64,000 nucleotides of DNA from a virus (lineage: Duplodnaviria; Caudoviricetes): IMG/VR virus record IMGVR_UViG_2517572207_000003. The stretch is one strand, 5' to 3'. Positions 40,007-50,659 of the stretch are shown here, piece after piece. A program made the translations under genes and the position numbers. Under the pieces are notes generated by a model. That model did no database searches. It had not been told where the DNA came from and saw nothing but the letters and a program-made list of their open reading frames with translations. Position 1 is the stretch's first letter, and the number at the start of each line of letters is the position of its first letter.

Positions 40007-40561
40007 CTATTCTACTTGATACTCATTTGCGATACGGAAATTCCGTATGTCGTTATTACCGATGTTAGTCAGGACGATAATAGGACTGGCTCTTTCATCT
40101 CCTGTAGAAATGACCGACACTGTTTGTGGCGATTGAGTAATGATAACTTCTTTGATATTCTCATCGCTTTCTGGAAACGGATGCTCACCCATCTTAATCG
40201 GGATAGTCAGTTCTCCATCCCAAAGTATTTTTTCGATATCTAATGTTCCAGCATAGCGCCCGATATATCGCCTTCCTGGTAAGTCTGAAAACGTAAATAC
40301 AATATCCCCTTTTTTGGCATTAAAAAGAGCCGCCACTTGGGCGACTCTCCTATGGTAATCAAGGGTAGTATCATCAGCCATTAGGACGCATTCGAGATTG
40401 ATTAACCGCGCTCCATACGTGCTGCCAAAATCCAACTCTCCATCCCTCTCAGCTATCTCAAGGCTATGGTCTTTTGTTGGTGGTAACACAGGTATATTGT
40501 GAGTTTTAAGCCCTAATCCAATGGATTTAAAGGATTTCCCATCCACCGTAGCGTCTATCAC
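40007..40561 (-). CDS. distal tail (Dit) protein
   Basis: follows tape measure; DG..DFG..YGAR.I.L; FSDLPGR.Y. Confidence 0.8.
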   Translation of the reverse strand: MIDATVDGKSFKSIGLGLKTHNIPVLPPTKDHSLEIAERDGELDFGSTYGARLINLECVLMADDTTLDYHRRVAQVAALFNAKKGDIVFTFSDLPGRRYIGRYAGTLDIEKILWDGELTIPIKMGEHPFPESDENIKEVIITQSPQTVSVISTGDERASPIIVLTNIGNNDIRNFRIANEYQVE

Positions 40562-43500
40562 TAAGACTTGCCTCCCCTCGTTTGCAACCTCCGTACAAAG
40601 TTGTCCCTTTCGCTCCAAAACACCTTTGCTGCGGATTCGTCTTCAATATAAGTATCACCTGATTTTATTACGAACTGGTTGCTGATTTGCTGCGGATTTG
40701 AACTGCCCGAAGCCATTGGCATTGAAAAATCAGGCATAGAGAAATTAAGTTTCGGCATCTTAAAATTGATAATTTTCCACAAGTTGCTCTGTTGTTGACC
40801 ATTCAAATACATTTCCCCTTCACGGGCAATGACGGGTACCTCTGCTCCCTTCTGGCCTTGAACGATCCCGCCAGAATGGAATTTTTGAAGTTTCCCTGTA
40901 TCCTTCTTAATGCCATACTTATTCCGCAGAGCGGCATTTTCCTCGTGCAGTTTGGTCTTCTCAGCAGCACCTGCTGAATACCATTTATCAATATTGGAAT
41001 TATATCGTGCCAGGTCACTGTCTTTTTCAGAGATTGAGGAACCTGTATCAAAGGATGCAGACAATGAGGTGGCATTGATTTCAGCCATTTTAGCCTGATA
41101 GTCAGCAATAAACTGATCCAACTGACGCAAAATTTCCGCGTTCTTCTCGGTTTCTTTTGAGATTTGAGTATTTTTCAAATCTTCAGCTTTAGATTCAACG
41201 CCGTCTGAATATTCATCGTACTTCTCAGCAAGCCGATCATAATGCTGCTTGGCAGCTTCAATCTGGTCATTGTAATCCTTTTCTCGCTCAGTCTTCTCAT
41301 CTTGAAGCTTTTTCTTTTGATCCTCCAAGCCGCGCTTCGCCAGCGTCCGGTTATGTTCCCGTTGCATATCCTCAATGTCTTTTTCAGTCTGCTTACGTTC
41401 GGCAATACCTTCAGGACCGACAGCAGATTGTAACAGGGAAAGACGCACTTGCTTCTCCGCCATAGCACGATCATAGTCCTCGTCTTCATTAGCTGTCTGC
41501 ATCTTGGCTAACAAGTCGTCTATGGCCTTAATTTTAGCGTCCTGAGCCTCAATAAAAGCATCACGTTCCGCCTCAATACGCTTTACTTCCTCATCCCGAG
41601 TCTTTTCGAGTGCTTCCTTTTCCTTCTTAGCAGCTTCGGCAGTAACCTTCTTCTGATCTTCGAGGAGCTGCTTTTTAAGGTCATGGACCTGTACATCAAT
41701 CTCCATTCGCTGTTCTGTTCCTTCTTTATAAAGAGCCTGCATTTTTGTCCATAAATTGAGCTGATCGGAAACAGATACGGCTTCCATACTCTTTTGGTAA
41801 TTGATTCGTTTTTGGAAGTCGGACAGGAACTCATCTTCCAGAGCTTTACGTTTCTCATAAATCTTCTGCTGCAACTCAAAACTTTGTTCAGCAGTACGAT
41901 CCTTTGCCTTACTCATACGCATATAAGCGTCATATTCCATTTTGAGGATAGCAATTTGGGTTTGCCCCGCCATTTCCATTTTGGAAGTTTCTTTATCAAT
42001 CCATTTTTCCGAGTTTTGGTATCGAAGCTCGTTATACTTCACGGACAGATCATAAATTTGCTTTTGGATTTCACGCCTATTTGCTGGTAGCAAGTAAGAT
42101 TTAGATTGTTCCTTCTTGTAAAAATCCAAGCTGGTTTTTACCATCTCAATTTCTTGTTTGTTGGCCTGCCGCATACGCTCGGTTCTTCGCTCAAGATTCT
42201 CCACGTCTTCCTGAAATCTTGAATCATTCAGTTTCTGAACATCGCGGCTCCATTGCTTCATTGCATCCTTATCTTCCAAAAGGTACTGCTTATGTCGTTG
42301 AGCCAGTCGTTTGTACCCAGCTATTTGCTGGTCTATAGACCATTCATTACGTTCTGCGATGTATTTGAAGTTGTCCATATCATCGCTGTAGGAATCCTTA
42401 CGAGCATCCGCAGCTTCTTTAGCAGCTTTTTTAGCCGATTTTTCTGCATCACTTTTTCCTTTTCTTCCTTTTTTCTCTTTGCTTGATGAACCGCTAACTC
42501 CAAATTTAGGGTCTTTGTATAGCTTCGATAAAGCGTTAATCCGAGTATCAAAGGATTTTGCTTGATTTTCATATTCAGTGTATATTTCATCAAGCTTTTT
42601 TTTGTTATCCAGTTTTTTCTTATCAACATCAAGTTGATTCTTAAAAGGAGCGTTTAAAACTGATCTAATGCCAGTCATGCTATTAAGTTCAGTTTGTCTT
42701 TTCGCAACCTCCAAGGAACTCTGAGCCATTACACCATTGAGAGCAGCTTTTAATTGAGCTAAATTTCTAATAGCTTCTGCTTCAATGCTATAAGCTTTTA
42801 AACGTTCATCAGTAGACACTTTTGTGTTGAATGCTGAAGCTTTCTCGGATTTCAAATCGTCGATTGCTTTCTGAATTTTTGCTTTTCGGAGAACTTCCAC
42901 AGCGTCTTTTTCAAATTTCCATCCATCACTTGTCTTATATATTTCTGCTGCCAGTTGAGGATATTTTAGTATTAGGTCCGTGGCAGCAGCGGCGTTGAGA
43001 GACTGTCCTTTTGAAAGGTCGCTCAAGAGATTATTCATCTCAGATACAGCAGTGCCATTTCCTTGAATTTGCTCCCTTAAATCTGCTAATGCTTCCGCTT
43101 GAGCTTTGGCACTTTCAGCTGCTGTACCCGACTTACCTGCGAATTGATCAACCGCATCAACTGCAACTTGGCCAAGCTGCACTGCGACTTCAGCGGCAGA
43201 GGCGGAAAGTTTATGGTTCTCCTTCTCTAAGCCATTTACTTCGTCTTGGAGAAGCTGAACGGAGTTAGAAGCTTCGTCCAAACTCTTTCCGGTAAAAACG
43301 TTTTTAAAGAACTCTCCCATTTGTGAAGCTAAGCTGTCTTTAACTTTAAGGAGTTTCTCTTTTGTTTGCTCTAGCTCTTCGGTATTCTTTTTCAGCTGAT
43401 TGTTAATCTCGCTTTGTTGATCAGTAAGCATATTCTTTCGTGCTTCATTTTGCTTTGCTATCAGTGTGTTCAAAGCATCAACCTGTATTCGTACAGCCTT

Positions 43501-45975
43501 TTCACTAAAGTTGGCGGATTCAAGCTGTTTAGCCCCATCCTTACCTACTGTTATAATTAATGCTTTTGTGACCTCTTCCAGTTGTTTCTTTATTTGAGTT
43601 TGTCTTTCAATAGAGGTACCGCTAATTTTAAGTGAATCAGAAAGCGATTTATGAGCATTAACGAGTTTGGGAAGTAAGTCGATTTGTCGTTGATACTGAC
43701 TTATCATTTGTTGAGCAGCCGAATCAGCATCTTTCAAGTTTTGTGCTCTTTCACGCGCTGCTTTTTCTTCTTTTCCACTTTCCCAAATGACAAGAGCAAT
43801 TGCCCCAGCCAGCAAAGTCAAACCTGCTGTAGCAGCAGCCATCGTTACAGTGGATAACGCTTGCGCCCTAGTCATAGCTGTAGTTGCAATTGTTGCCTCT
43901 GCTGTTGCAGCAGTAGATGCCTGAGTTGCTGCGCTACGTTGGATGGTAGACAATGTTGCTCCTTGAGAAGAAACAATATTCACTTCATTGGCTGTAGTGT
44001 TTGCAGCAACAGCCACCGTTTCTGCAACCTTAGCTGTTGTAAGTACTTTCACAGCAGCTACTACATTCATAATTGGCCCGCTGAGGGCTTTATAAGCTAG
44101 AAGTAAACCCCCAATAGCTGCTGTACCCTCAAACACACCAGATGGTACTTTGGTAAGGCCAATAAGCAGTTGGTCAATCGCGTCCAAGACGTTCTTGATC
44201 ATTCTTCTTAGCCCGTCGTCGCCCGCATTGTTAAATATCTCAAGCAAAGATGCCTTGGTTTGTGCTGCTTTACGCTGAATAGTATCCATTTGAACTTTCA
44301 GGTATTCCATTGTCGATCCGGTTGAGCCTATAGAGGCTGCTGTACCAAGTAAAATATCCCCGGCATTAAGGGAAGCTGCCAATTTTGCATACTGATACAC
44401 GCCCCGAGAGATATCTGCATATGACTTTGTAAGGTCATAGTTTTTGTCGATTACTTTAGTAGAAAGATCCAACAAGATATCTTCTGCTTTTCTCCATTGC
44501 TCTGATCCATTAACAACTTCCTTGGTTGCAACGCCCAAGCGTTCAATTTCTCCCACAGCTTTGTCGGTACGAATTGTACCCAATACTGTTTTCCACATGT
44601 TACCGAGATTTTCACCAGAGAGCGCTGTGTTACGTACACCGGCTGAAATAAGACCGTTCATGAAGTCGAAACTTACGCCTGTTTCAGCAGCAATCTTACC
44701 TGTACGCTCGAAGGCTGCTCCCAAGTCTTTAGCTGGTGCCATCGTATCATGGGCAACCTTGGACCAAGAATCCAGAACGCGCCCACCCAGCACCATAGCG
44801 TCATTACTGTTCTTGATTTGCACGCCATACTGAGCAAATGTAGACTCCATTGATTTTGTCGCATCTTCCAAGGATACAAGGTCAACGGTACTGAGCATCG
44901 TTGACTTACGTACCATCTCCTGAACAACACCTGCATCCTTATACATCCGTCCCCATAAACGAGCAGACTCGGTGACGTCCATAATCTCACTTCCCAGGTC
45001 ATGGGCCGTGCGAATGAATTTGGTCGTCTGGTCATGTAACTTTTCAGTGTTCATGACCATTTCTTTCGTGCCTTCGTTATACTCTAAAAAGTAATGCTCG
45101 TTTGTTTGGATATACCCTGCCATATTGGATTCAATATCGACTAATCCCTCTTTAAGGACTTCCTGTGTTTTATGCAGAGCTGCATATGCTGTATTAAATA
45201 CAAGGGCATGGGTAGCCATATCACCTACTCGGCTAATCCAGTTAGGAGTTGTATTAAAAGTCTGCTTCATTTGCGCTTCGGTTTGGCTTAAAGAGCGCCG
45301 GATCTTCTGTTCTTCCTGAAGTACTTTCTCACGGACTTGTGCCTCTTTTTGCTCCCTGGCACGTAATGCATTCACCCAAAACTTTTCGTAGTCTTGTGCG
45401 TTCTTACGTGCCTGCTGTGCTTCTTTCTCTGCCAGTTGAGATATCTTCATCCGTATGGACTGTTCTTCCATTAAGACACGTTCACGTGTCCTGTCGTCAG
45501 TCCCAGCCCCTGAGACCTTTGCCGATCTCTGACCCGTCAATGAAGCTTTATTCTGCAAAGCCTCCATACGCTTCAGGTGTTCACGTTCCTGCTGTTCAAT
45601 TGCATCCTCACGCTTTTTTACAATGGCCTGTTGTGCCCTTAGCTTCTCATCTGTAATTTTGTTAGCTTGGTCTAGTTGGTTCTTTCGTGCAGCATTTAAT
45701 TCTGCCTGTGCAGTGCGTTGCTTAACAAGAGCTTCGGATTCAGCAAGGATCTTCTTCCGTCTGTCATCTGCTGAAAGAGCAAACTTGTCTGCGCTACTGG
45801 CAAGAGATTTGAAATTCTTCTCACTTAGTCCGAGTTCCGAATTTAAAACCTTAAAAGATTCAGCATTCGCCCTTGCTCCGTTGTCGATCACCTTGAAAGC
45901 GGGTAGTATCTTGGTTGTATCCAAGTTTATCCGCGCACCTACTACATCTTTACTTAAGTCCGCCAATTCGCTCAC
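40561..45975 (-). CDS. tape measure protein
   Basis: 1804 aa, helical/coiled coil, TP901-like core, KFHSGGIV C-terminal motif. Confidence 0.93.
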   Translation of the reverse strand: MSELADLSKDVVGARINLDTTKILPAFKVIDNGARANAESFKVLNSELGLSEKNFKSLASSADKFALSADDRRKKILAESEALVKQRTAQAELNAARKNQLDQANKITDEKLRAQQAIVKKREDAIEQQEREHLKRMEALQNKASLTGQRSAKVSGAGTDDRTRERVLMEEQSIRMKISQLAEKEAQQARKNAQDYEKFWVNALRAREQKEAQVREKVLQEEQKIRRSLSQTEAQMKQTFNTTPNWISRVGDMATHALVFNTAYAALHKTQEVLKEGLVDIESNMAGYIQTNEHYFLEYNEGTKEMVMNTEKLHDQTTKFIRTAHDLGSEIMDVTESARLWGRMYKDAGVVQEMVRKSTMLSTVDLVSLEDATKSMESTFAQYGVQIKNSNDAMVLGGRVLDSWSKVAHDTMAPAKDLGAAFERTGKIAAETGVSFDFMNGLISAGVRNTALSGENLGNMWKTVLGTIRTDKAVGEIERLGVATKEVVNGSEQWRKAEDILLDLSTKVIDKNYDLTKSYADISRGVYQYAKLAASLNAGDILLGTAASIGSTGSTMEYLKVQMDTIQRKAAQTKASLLEIFNNAGDDGLRRMIKNVLDAIDQLLIGLTKVPSGVFEGTAAIGGLLLAYKALSGPIMNVVAAVKVLTTAKVAETVAVAANTTANEVNIVSSQGATLSTIQRSAATQASTAATAEATIATTAMTRAQALSTVTMAAATAGLTLLAGAIALVIWESGKEEKAARERAQNLKDADSAAQQMISQYQRQIDLLPKLVNAHKSLSDSLKISGTSIERQTQIKKQLEEVTKALIITVGKDGAKQLESANFSEKAVRIQVDALNTLIAKQNEARKNMLTDQQSEINNQLKKNTEELEQTKEKLLKVKDSLASQMGEFFKNVFTGKSLDEASNSVQLLQDEVNGLEKENHKLSASAAEVAVQLGQVAVDAVDQFAGKSGTAAESAKAQAEALADLREQIQGNGTAVSEMNNLLSDLSKGQSLNAAAATDLILKYPQLAAEIYKTSDGWKFEKDAVEVLRKAKIQKAIDDLKSEKASAFNTKVSTDERLKAYSIEAEAIRNLAQLKAALNGVMAQSSLEVAKRQTELNSMTGIRSVLNAPFKNQLDVDKKKLDNKKKLDEIYTEYENQAKSFDTRINALSKLYKDPKFGVSGSSSKEKKGRKGKSDAEKSAKKAAKEAADARKDSYSDDMDNFKYIAERNEWSIDQQIAGYKRLAQRHKQYLLEDKDAMKQWSRDVQKLNDSRFQEDVENLERRTERMRQANKQEIEMVKTSLDFYKKEQSKSYLLPANRREIQKQIYDLSVKYNELRYQNSEKWIDKETSKMEMAGQTQIAILKMEYDAYMRMSKAKDRTAEQSFELQQKIYEKRKALEDEFLSDFQKRINYQKSMEAVSVSDQLNLWTKMQALYKEGTEQRMEIDVQVHDLKKQLLEDQKKVTAEAAKKEKEALEKTRDEEVKRIEAERDAFIEAQDAKIKAIDDLLAKMQTANEDEDYDRAMAEKQVRLSLLQSAVGPEGIAERKQTEKDIEDMQREHNRTLAKRGLEDQKKKLQDEKTEREKDYNDQIEAAKQHYDRLAEKYDEYSDGVESKAEDLKNTQISKETEKNAEILRQLDQFIADYQAKMAEINATSLSASFDTGSSISEKDSDLARYNSNIDKWYSAGAAEKTKLHEENAALRNKYGIKKDTGKLQKFHSGGIVQGQKGAEVPVIAREGEMYLNGQQQSNLWKIINFKMPKLNFSMPDFSMPMASGSSNPQQISNQFVIKSGDTYIEDESAAKVFWSERDNFVRRLQTRGGKS

Positions 45976-46055
45976 CTCTCATAGGGTTCAGGAAACTTTT
46001 CCTGCCCTGAATACAGAAAAAGAGGCATCCTGCATGATTGCGGATGCCTCTTAAT

Positions 46056-46350
46056 TTACTTGGCGAAGAAACCAAGATCAGATAATGTCTTAACCTTCTT
46101 TGGCTTTTTGTTTTCAACATTGCCACCGTGAAGAATGATTTCAAATTCCCGGTTTCTGTTCTTAGCCTTCATGAGCGCTCTAATTTTTGGAATAGTCATA
46201 TTAGGCCACTCCGAATCAGAAATACCATTGCTCACACATAAAGCCCAAAGTTCTAACCAGTCCGTTTCATGCTCATCCTCGACAGGGTTAGACTCCTCCT
46301 GTTCATCTTCCTCATCTGACTCTTCATCTGGAGGAAACGACTCAGAATAG
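46056..46350 (-). CDS. tail chaperone extension (gpT-like), reached by predicted +1 frameshift
   Basis: start-less open frame (SESFPPDEE...LSDLGFFAK*) between chaperone and tape measure. Confidence 0.65.
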
Positions 46351-46683
46351 AAATCGGTCTAACAAATCATCCAGTACTGCAATACCGTCCTGGTCAATCA
46401 GTTCGTACTCTTTTTCCGTTATTTCCTCAACCAGCACGAGATTAAACACCTTTTTGTACATTTCCTCCACTTTAGGCCAGTCAACTGCTTCCCGGTCTTC
46501 GGTAGCCTCCCATTTTTTCCGGCCTATCGAAAAGGAAAACTTGTGTACTACACCATCCATTTCTTCACGAACCTGACGGATCAATGCAATAGTCCCGATC
46601 TTCACATGCTTTTTGATGCCCTCTGCCAACCGAATTTCTGAACCTATATTAAGAGTTTTATCCAACTGTTTGTCTGTACTCAT
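46342..46683 (-). CDS. tail assembly chaperone (gpG-like)
   Basis: position between major tail and tape measure genes. Confidence 0.75.
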   Translation of the reverse strand: MSTDKQLDKTLNIGSEIRLAEGIKKHVKIGTIALIRQVREEMDGVVHKFSFSIGRKKWEATEDREAVDWPKVEEMYKKVFNLVLVEEITEKEYELIDQDGIAVLDDLLDRFLF

Positions 46684-46747
46684 TAAATTTCCTCCTCAAT
46701 GTATGTAACCCCCTATCGCTCTGGTAGGGGGTTGGGTTAGTGATTAA

Positions 46748-47536
46748 TTAGATACCGAAAATGATTTCCACTGCATATCCGTTAGGGTTTTCCGGCGTGA
46801 TATCCGGTTCCATAATCTCCAGCGCCAATGTATTAGTGGTTGGCTTTTTTCGTTCTTGGGACACGTCCAATGTCCCACCCCCGAGAGCCTTCCAAATAGT
46901 GAGCTGGCAGGGGACTTCTTTACCGTTCCGATCATCGGTTAATGAAAAACGATGCACCAGTTTAAATGGTTTCGGACGGCGTTTACCACTTAAACTGCTT
47001 CTTGTGGCATTCTCTTTTGACCATTTGAACGTAACAGTGATTAACTTCCCTTCGTTTGCAACATCAGATGTAATTTTCCCATCAGCTGTAATTACGTACT
47101 GTTCTGCTGTTGGAGTAGACGCAACACGAGTCAGTTCAGTAAGTTCTCCTGTGTCAGTGTCTTTTAAGTAAACACGGTCACTCTTATCTACAAAGGTTCC
47201 GTTAAACTTCGTTGGAGCCTTTAATTTATAGCCATCAGTAGCGGTCAAAAATCCTTGCTCTACCTCATCAAATTGAACTGTGCCTTTTTCTGATTCAGCC
47301 CCTTGAGACAACTCAGCCAAAATATCAGAGTAACGAGGAACTTCCATCGAGGCCTTATCCCCTAAATCCTTAGCAGTATAGTGGAATGCATATCCACTAT
47401 CGCCGCCCATTACTTTGTCCCAATCAAACTGCAATTGCAAAGTTACTTTTGTGATTTTATCATCAAGAAACTTTAGCCTTCCGCCTTCTTCATAAACCTG
47501 CGCTGACCCCACACCATCAAATACTAAAGGTTGCAT
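46748..47536 (-). CDS. major tail tube protein
   Basis: position, 262 aa, beta-rich; terminator follows. Confidence 0.75.
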   Translation of the reverse strand: MQPLVFDGVGSAQVYEEGGRLKFLDDKITKVTLQLQFDWDKVMGGDSGYAFHYTAKDLGDKASMEVPRYSDILAELSQGAESEKGTVQFDEVEQGFLTATDGYKLKAPTKFNGTFVDKSDRVYLKDTDTGELTELTRVASTPTAEQYVITADGKITSDVANEGKLITVTFKWSKENATRSSLSGKRRPKPFKLVHRFSLTDDRNGKEVPCQLTIWKALGGGTLDVSQERKKPTTNTLALEIMEPDITPENPNGYAVEIIFGI

Positions 47537-47581
47537 ATAGTTTCATCCTCCTTATATGTGAACATAAAAAAACTGGTCATC

Positions 47582-48037
47582 TTATTTGACCAGTTCCCAT
47601 AGACGCTTATCAATTTCTGCAATGCGACTGTACTCTTTGGTTAGCTTGTAACCCTGTTTTGGATTCCAGATTCCCATGATACCCAATCCTTTAGCAAGCG
47701 CGATTTTTTCAGCAATCAGCGTTTCCCACTCGGTAGGTTCTGGTTTAGGAGGATTAGGTTGAGTCCAATTCAATTCGGCTTCATAAGTTGTACCAGCAAG
47801 AGTAACAACATTAAATTTGTACTTCTTGGTTGCATTTGCTTCACTAAACCATAGAGTTTCCTGATCATCCGGTTCAATTTTAACTCCATCTTTTTCAATA
47901 CTGGATACGCTGGTTTTAGCCAAAGAAACTCGCTTTTGTGCTGAATCCAGCAGCTCATATTCAACGTGGTTAACACCATTGTGATCACCGGATCTCCCGG
48001 TTGATTTCCATACAGCTGCTTCTGCCATTCTGCCCAC
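47582..48037 (-). CDS. phage hypothetical structural protein
   Basis: within the head-tail operon. Confidence 0.65.
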   Translation of the reverse strand: MGRMAEAAVWKSTGRSGDHNGVNHVEYELLDSAQKRVSLAKTSVSSIEKDGVKIEPDDQETLWFSEANATKKYKFNVVTLAGTTYEAELNWTQPNPPKPEPTEWETLIAEKIALAKGLGIMGIWNPKQGYKLTKEYSRIAEIDKRLWELVK

Positions 48038-48038
48038 C

Positions 48039-48473
48039 TCAATTCATTCTCAAGTAATCAACATCGAAAATTGCTTTATACCCCTTAACCCCTTGGATGC
48101 CAGTAGCAAAATCTGAGTCATAGGACAGTACACAAAGATAGGACATAAATCCCTGTGCAAACAACCTTTTTTCGTGCAAGGTTTTGAATGCTCTTTCAAA
48201 TAGAAGCTTTGCTTCATATGCTGTCTTACCGTAAAAGTCGATACAGAACTTGCCTTCGAACACCAGTGGATTAGTGGCATATCGTCCCGGCATGACATAT
48301 TGGCAGATATGTGGAACTGTATCCTTAGAAACCGTTATCTCAGGCTCCATGCCTTTCGTAAATCGCTTTACGACATCAGCAGAGGATGATGAAGGAGTAA
48401 GCTTCAGCATGCTCATAAATTCCGAATCTTCTTTCAAAGCATTTTGAACAGCATCAATAAGTTGTAGGCTCAC
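48039..48473 (-). CDS. tail terminator-like protein
   Basis: position and size; F.IDFY motif. Confidence 0.65.
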   Translation of the reverse strand: MSLQLIDAVQNALKEDSEFMSMLKLTPSSSSADVVKRFTKGMEPEITVSKDTVPHICQYVMPGRYATNPLVFEGKFCIDFYGKTAYEAKLLFERAFKTLHEKRLFAQGFMSYLCVLSYDSDFATGIQGVKGYKAIFDVDYLRMN

Positions 48474-49048
48474 TCCCGTACCTCCTTGAAGTATCTGTGA
48501 TACGGAAACTCAGTTATTACACGGCTAATGCCATCCAAAATACGTTTCCGGTTAGACTGAATTGCAATACGCAGGAAGTAAGTTGGTGGTGTGGCCTTAA
48601 ATGAAGGATCAATATCACCGCGCTCCGCAAGCTCCTCCAAATCTACTCCAGCATATCCTCCACCTGATTCCTTCATGGTACCATCAATCGCTCGGTACTT
48701 TCCGCGGGAACGACCTACAATGATACGATCACCTTTGGACCTCAGTCGGTTCCATGCTTCACTATTCATGTAGGTTATTAAACCGGGATTTTGGCTGCTG
48801 TCTGCCATCTTAGAACCTTTACCGAATTGTTCAAGCCACGCCTGCCAGTAATCCGCTGTAATGTCGCCTGAAATCATTTGATTAGCAAGCACGAACATGT
48901 GCATCTCCAAATGGTCCCGAACTGCTGGGTAGTACCGTATGCCGCTTTTGGCTGTCAGCATGACCAGTTTCGTTAACCCAGTAATTTCAACAGCGAGCTT
49001 ATTCTCCAGATCCTTCGCCGCTTTCACTGAATCATACCCTGTAATCAT
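48470..49048 (-). CDS. neck/tail completion protein (HK97 gp10-like)
   Basis: WLEQFGKG...PPTYFLR motif and position. Confidence 0.65.
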   Translation of the reverse strand: MITGYDSVKAAKDLENKLAVEITGLTKLVMLTAKSGIRYYPAVRDHLEMHMFVLANQMISGDITADYWQAWLEQFGKGSKMADSSQNPGLITYMNSEAWNRLRSKGDRIIVGRSRGKYRAIDGTMKESGGGYAGVDLEELAERGDIDPSFKATPPTYFLRIAIQSNRKRILDGISRVITEFPYHRYFKEVRE

Positions 49049-49620
49049 CGGCGGTCCTCTGAAAGCTGGACATGCAGTAGATTAGGATACTTCATCCTAT
49101 CAACTTCATCTACCTGGTATGTCTTCCCGCCCATAACGATTCGGTCAGGAATAGCAGTAGTTGTCTCCTCTGGTTTCTTTACATCAACAGTCGTTTGCAT
49201 CTGCAAAACAAATACGGTACTCGATAGTAATCCCGGTTCCTGCTGCCGAAGTTGCGCTGTAACATACTGTGCAAAGCAAACAACATCAGCAGCGACCGAT
49301 GTAAATTCAGCATCGCCCACCGGATTATCGTTTACGTCATAAGCTTGCTGGTATCTTTGCACCTCTACCACAGCATTTGTTTTAACAAATGAACAGTAGT
49401 TGTCCTGATCTACTGTTTTTCTTAAGGTAAGAACCAAGAATGTGTCCTCAGTCTGCACCAAAGAACCACGATTAATGAGTGATTCGGGCGAGAATACACC
49501 GTTATAGACGTATTCTTTGCCCATTACAGTCGTCGCTTTGGTTTCCCTTGATAGAATCACTACATCTTCGTTTCCATCCACCACACACGGCGTATGGCGG
49601 TGTGAGAACTCATAGAACAA
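49045..49620 (-). CDS. head closure protein
   Basis: position; DRIV.GG.TYQV..V. Confidence 0.65.
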   Translation of the reverse strand: MFYEFSHRHTPCVVDGNEDVVILSRETKATTVMGKEYVYNGVFSPESLINRGSLVQTEDTFLVLTLRKTVDQDNYCSFVKTNAVVEVQRYQQAYDVNDNPVGDAEFTSVAADVVCFAQYVTAQLRQQEPGLLSSTVFVLQMQTTVDVKKPEETTTAIPDRIVMGGKTYQVDEVDRMKYPNLLHVQLSEDRR

Positions 49621-49630
49621 CTTGCATCAC

Positions 49631-50197
49631 CTACCTAAATGACCTATGTTCAAACTCAGACAGAAGATCGGCTATCTCTGGAGTAATCATGCTGTTTCCA
49701 AAGTATTCAATGCTATAATCGAAATCCTTTTTGGATTTCACATTTGAATTTGGATTAGCAGCAAGTTGTCCGATGATTAGTCCACATGCCACCTTGACCT
49801 TATCAGGTGTCGTTTCCCAGCCGCTGGTATACGTCACTTCCAATTCTGAGTAAGCTGAACCAAAAGGAGAGAAGCCACACCAGACTGTGCCAATATCCTT
49901 GTCGATATCAATGGTGCTGGTGTCAGTGATTGTTTCGAATCCCGGCGGACCAAAGAAATTACCCATCAATCCCTGCTTCGGCCTGCCCTTTACCTCCTTC
50001 ACCTCTACAACTGGGTAATAAGACAAATGCCCTCTCTGCTGATCGGTAAGCGGTATACGCTCGGTATACGTTGTAACTCCGATCTCACGTTTGCACCGTC
50101 CATCAATTACGGCTGATGCTCTGAGAATAAGTGGAGTAGTTAATTTTATCCCTACCGGAACGAAGTCAGAGTCCGTTAACTCAAGATACTGACTCAT
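49631..50197 (-). CDS. head-tail adaptor protein
   Basis: AS..IDG.C.R, VTYTSGW..TPD.VK.AC, IADLL. Confidence 0.75.
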   Translation of the reverse strand: MSQYLELTDSDFVPVGIKLTTPLILRASAVIDGRCKREIGVTTYTERIPLTDQQRGHLSYYPVVEVKEVKGRPKQGLMGNFFGPPGFETITDTSTIDIDKDIGTVWCGFSPFGSAYSELEVTYTSGWETTPDKVKVACGLIIGQLAANPNSNVKSKKDFDYSIEYFGNSMITPEIADLLSEFEHRSFR

Positions 50198-50601
50198 TCT
50201 ACATATCCAGCATCGGCAAGCTCGTCTGCCAGTTCATCCGGTAACTGTGCTTCGCCATCCACGAAGTTAACGACCCCATTTTTTAAATGAATCGTGTGAG
50301 GACCCTTGCGCTGGCTTGGTGTACCGCGAAGCGTAACTTTTCGGACTGCTGGAATCCTAGCAGCCAGAAAAGAACTGCGCGCATCATTCAACACCGTTGT
50401 TTGAGCATCGAACTGGCTTGGTTCTGCTCCTTCAGCGCCAACCAATGTCTCTGCCGCTGTAACGGCCTCCTTGAATGCATCTGCCGATTGTTGAGGATAT
50501 TGCCCTCCATTTTCACCAATCTCAGCCTGCGCTAACAATGCTGCGCTTTCAGCAATCGCATCTTTCAGCTTATCCAGATTCGATTTTGCCAACTGAATCA
50601 T
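50194..50601 (-). CDS. phage protein with FIVAR-like helical domain
   Basis: L..AI.E...L...GQYPQ.S..AF..AV..A motif. Confidence 0.6.
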   Translation of the reverse strand: MIQLAKSNLDKLKDAIAESAALLAQAEIGENGGQYPQQSADAFKEAVTAAETLVGAEGAEPSQFDAQTTVLNDARSSFLAARIPAVRKVTLRGTPSQRKGPHTIHLKNGVVNFVDGEAQLPDELADELADAGYVE

Positions 50602-50659
50602 CTCCTCTCAACATTAAGAGAGACGGTCACATTAACCGCCCCCTTAGTCTTAAAATTTA

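Noticed and set aside
40792-46350. Many antisense and alternate-frame ORFs over the tape measure and other structural genes
   Set aside because: Shadow ORFs without RBS or recognisable motifs
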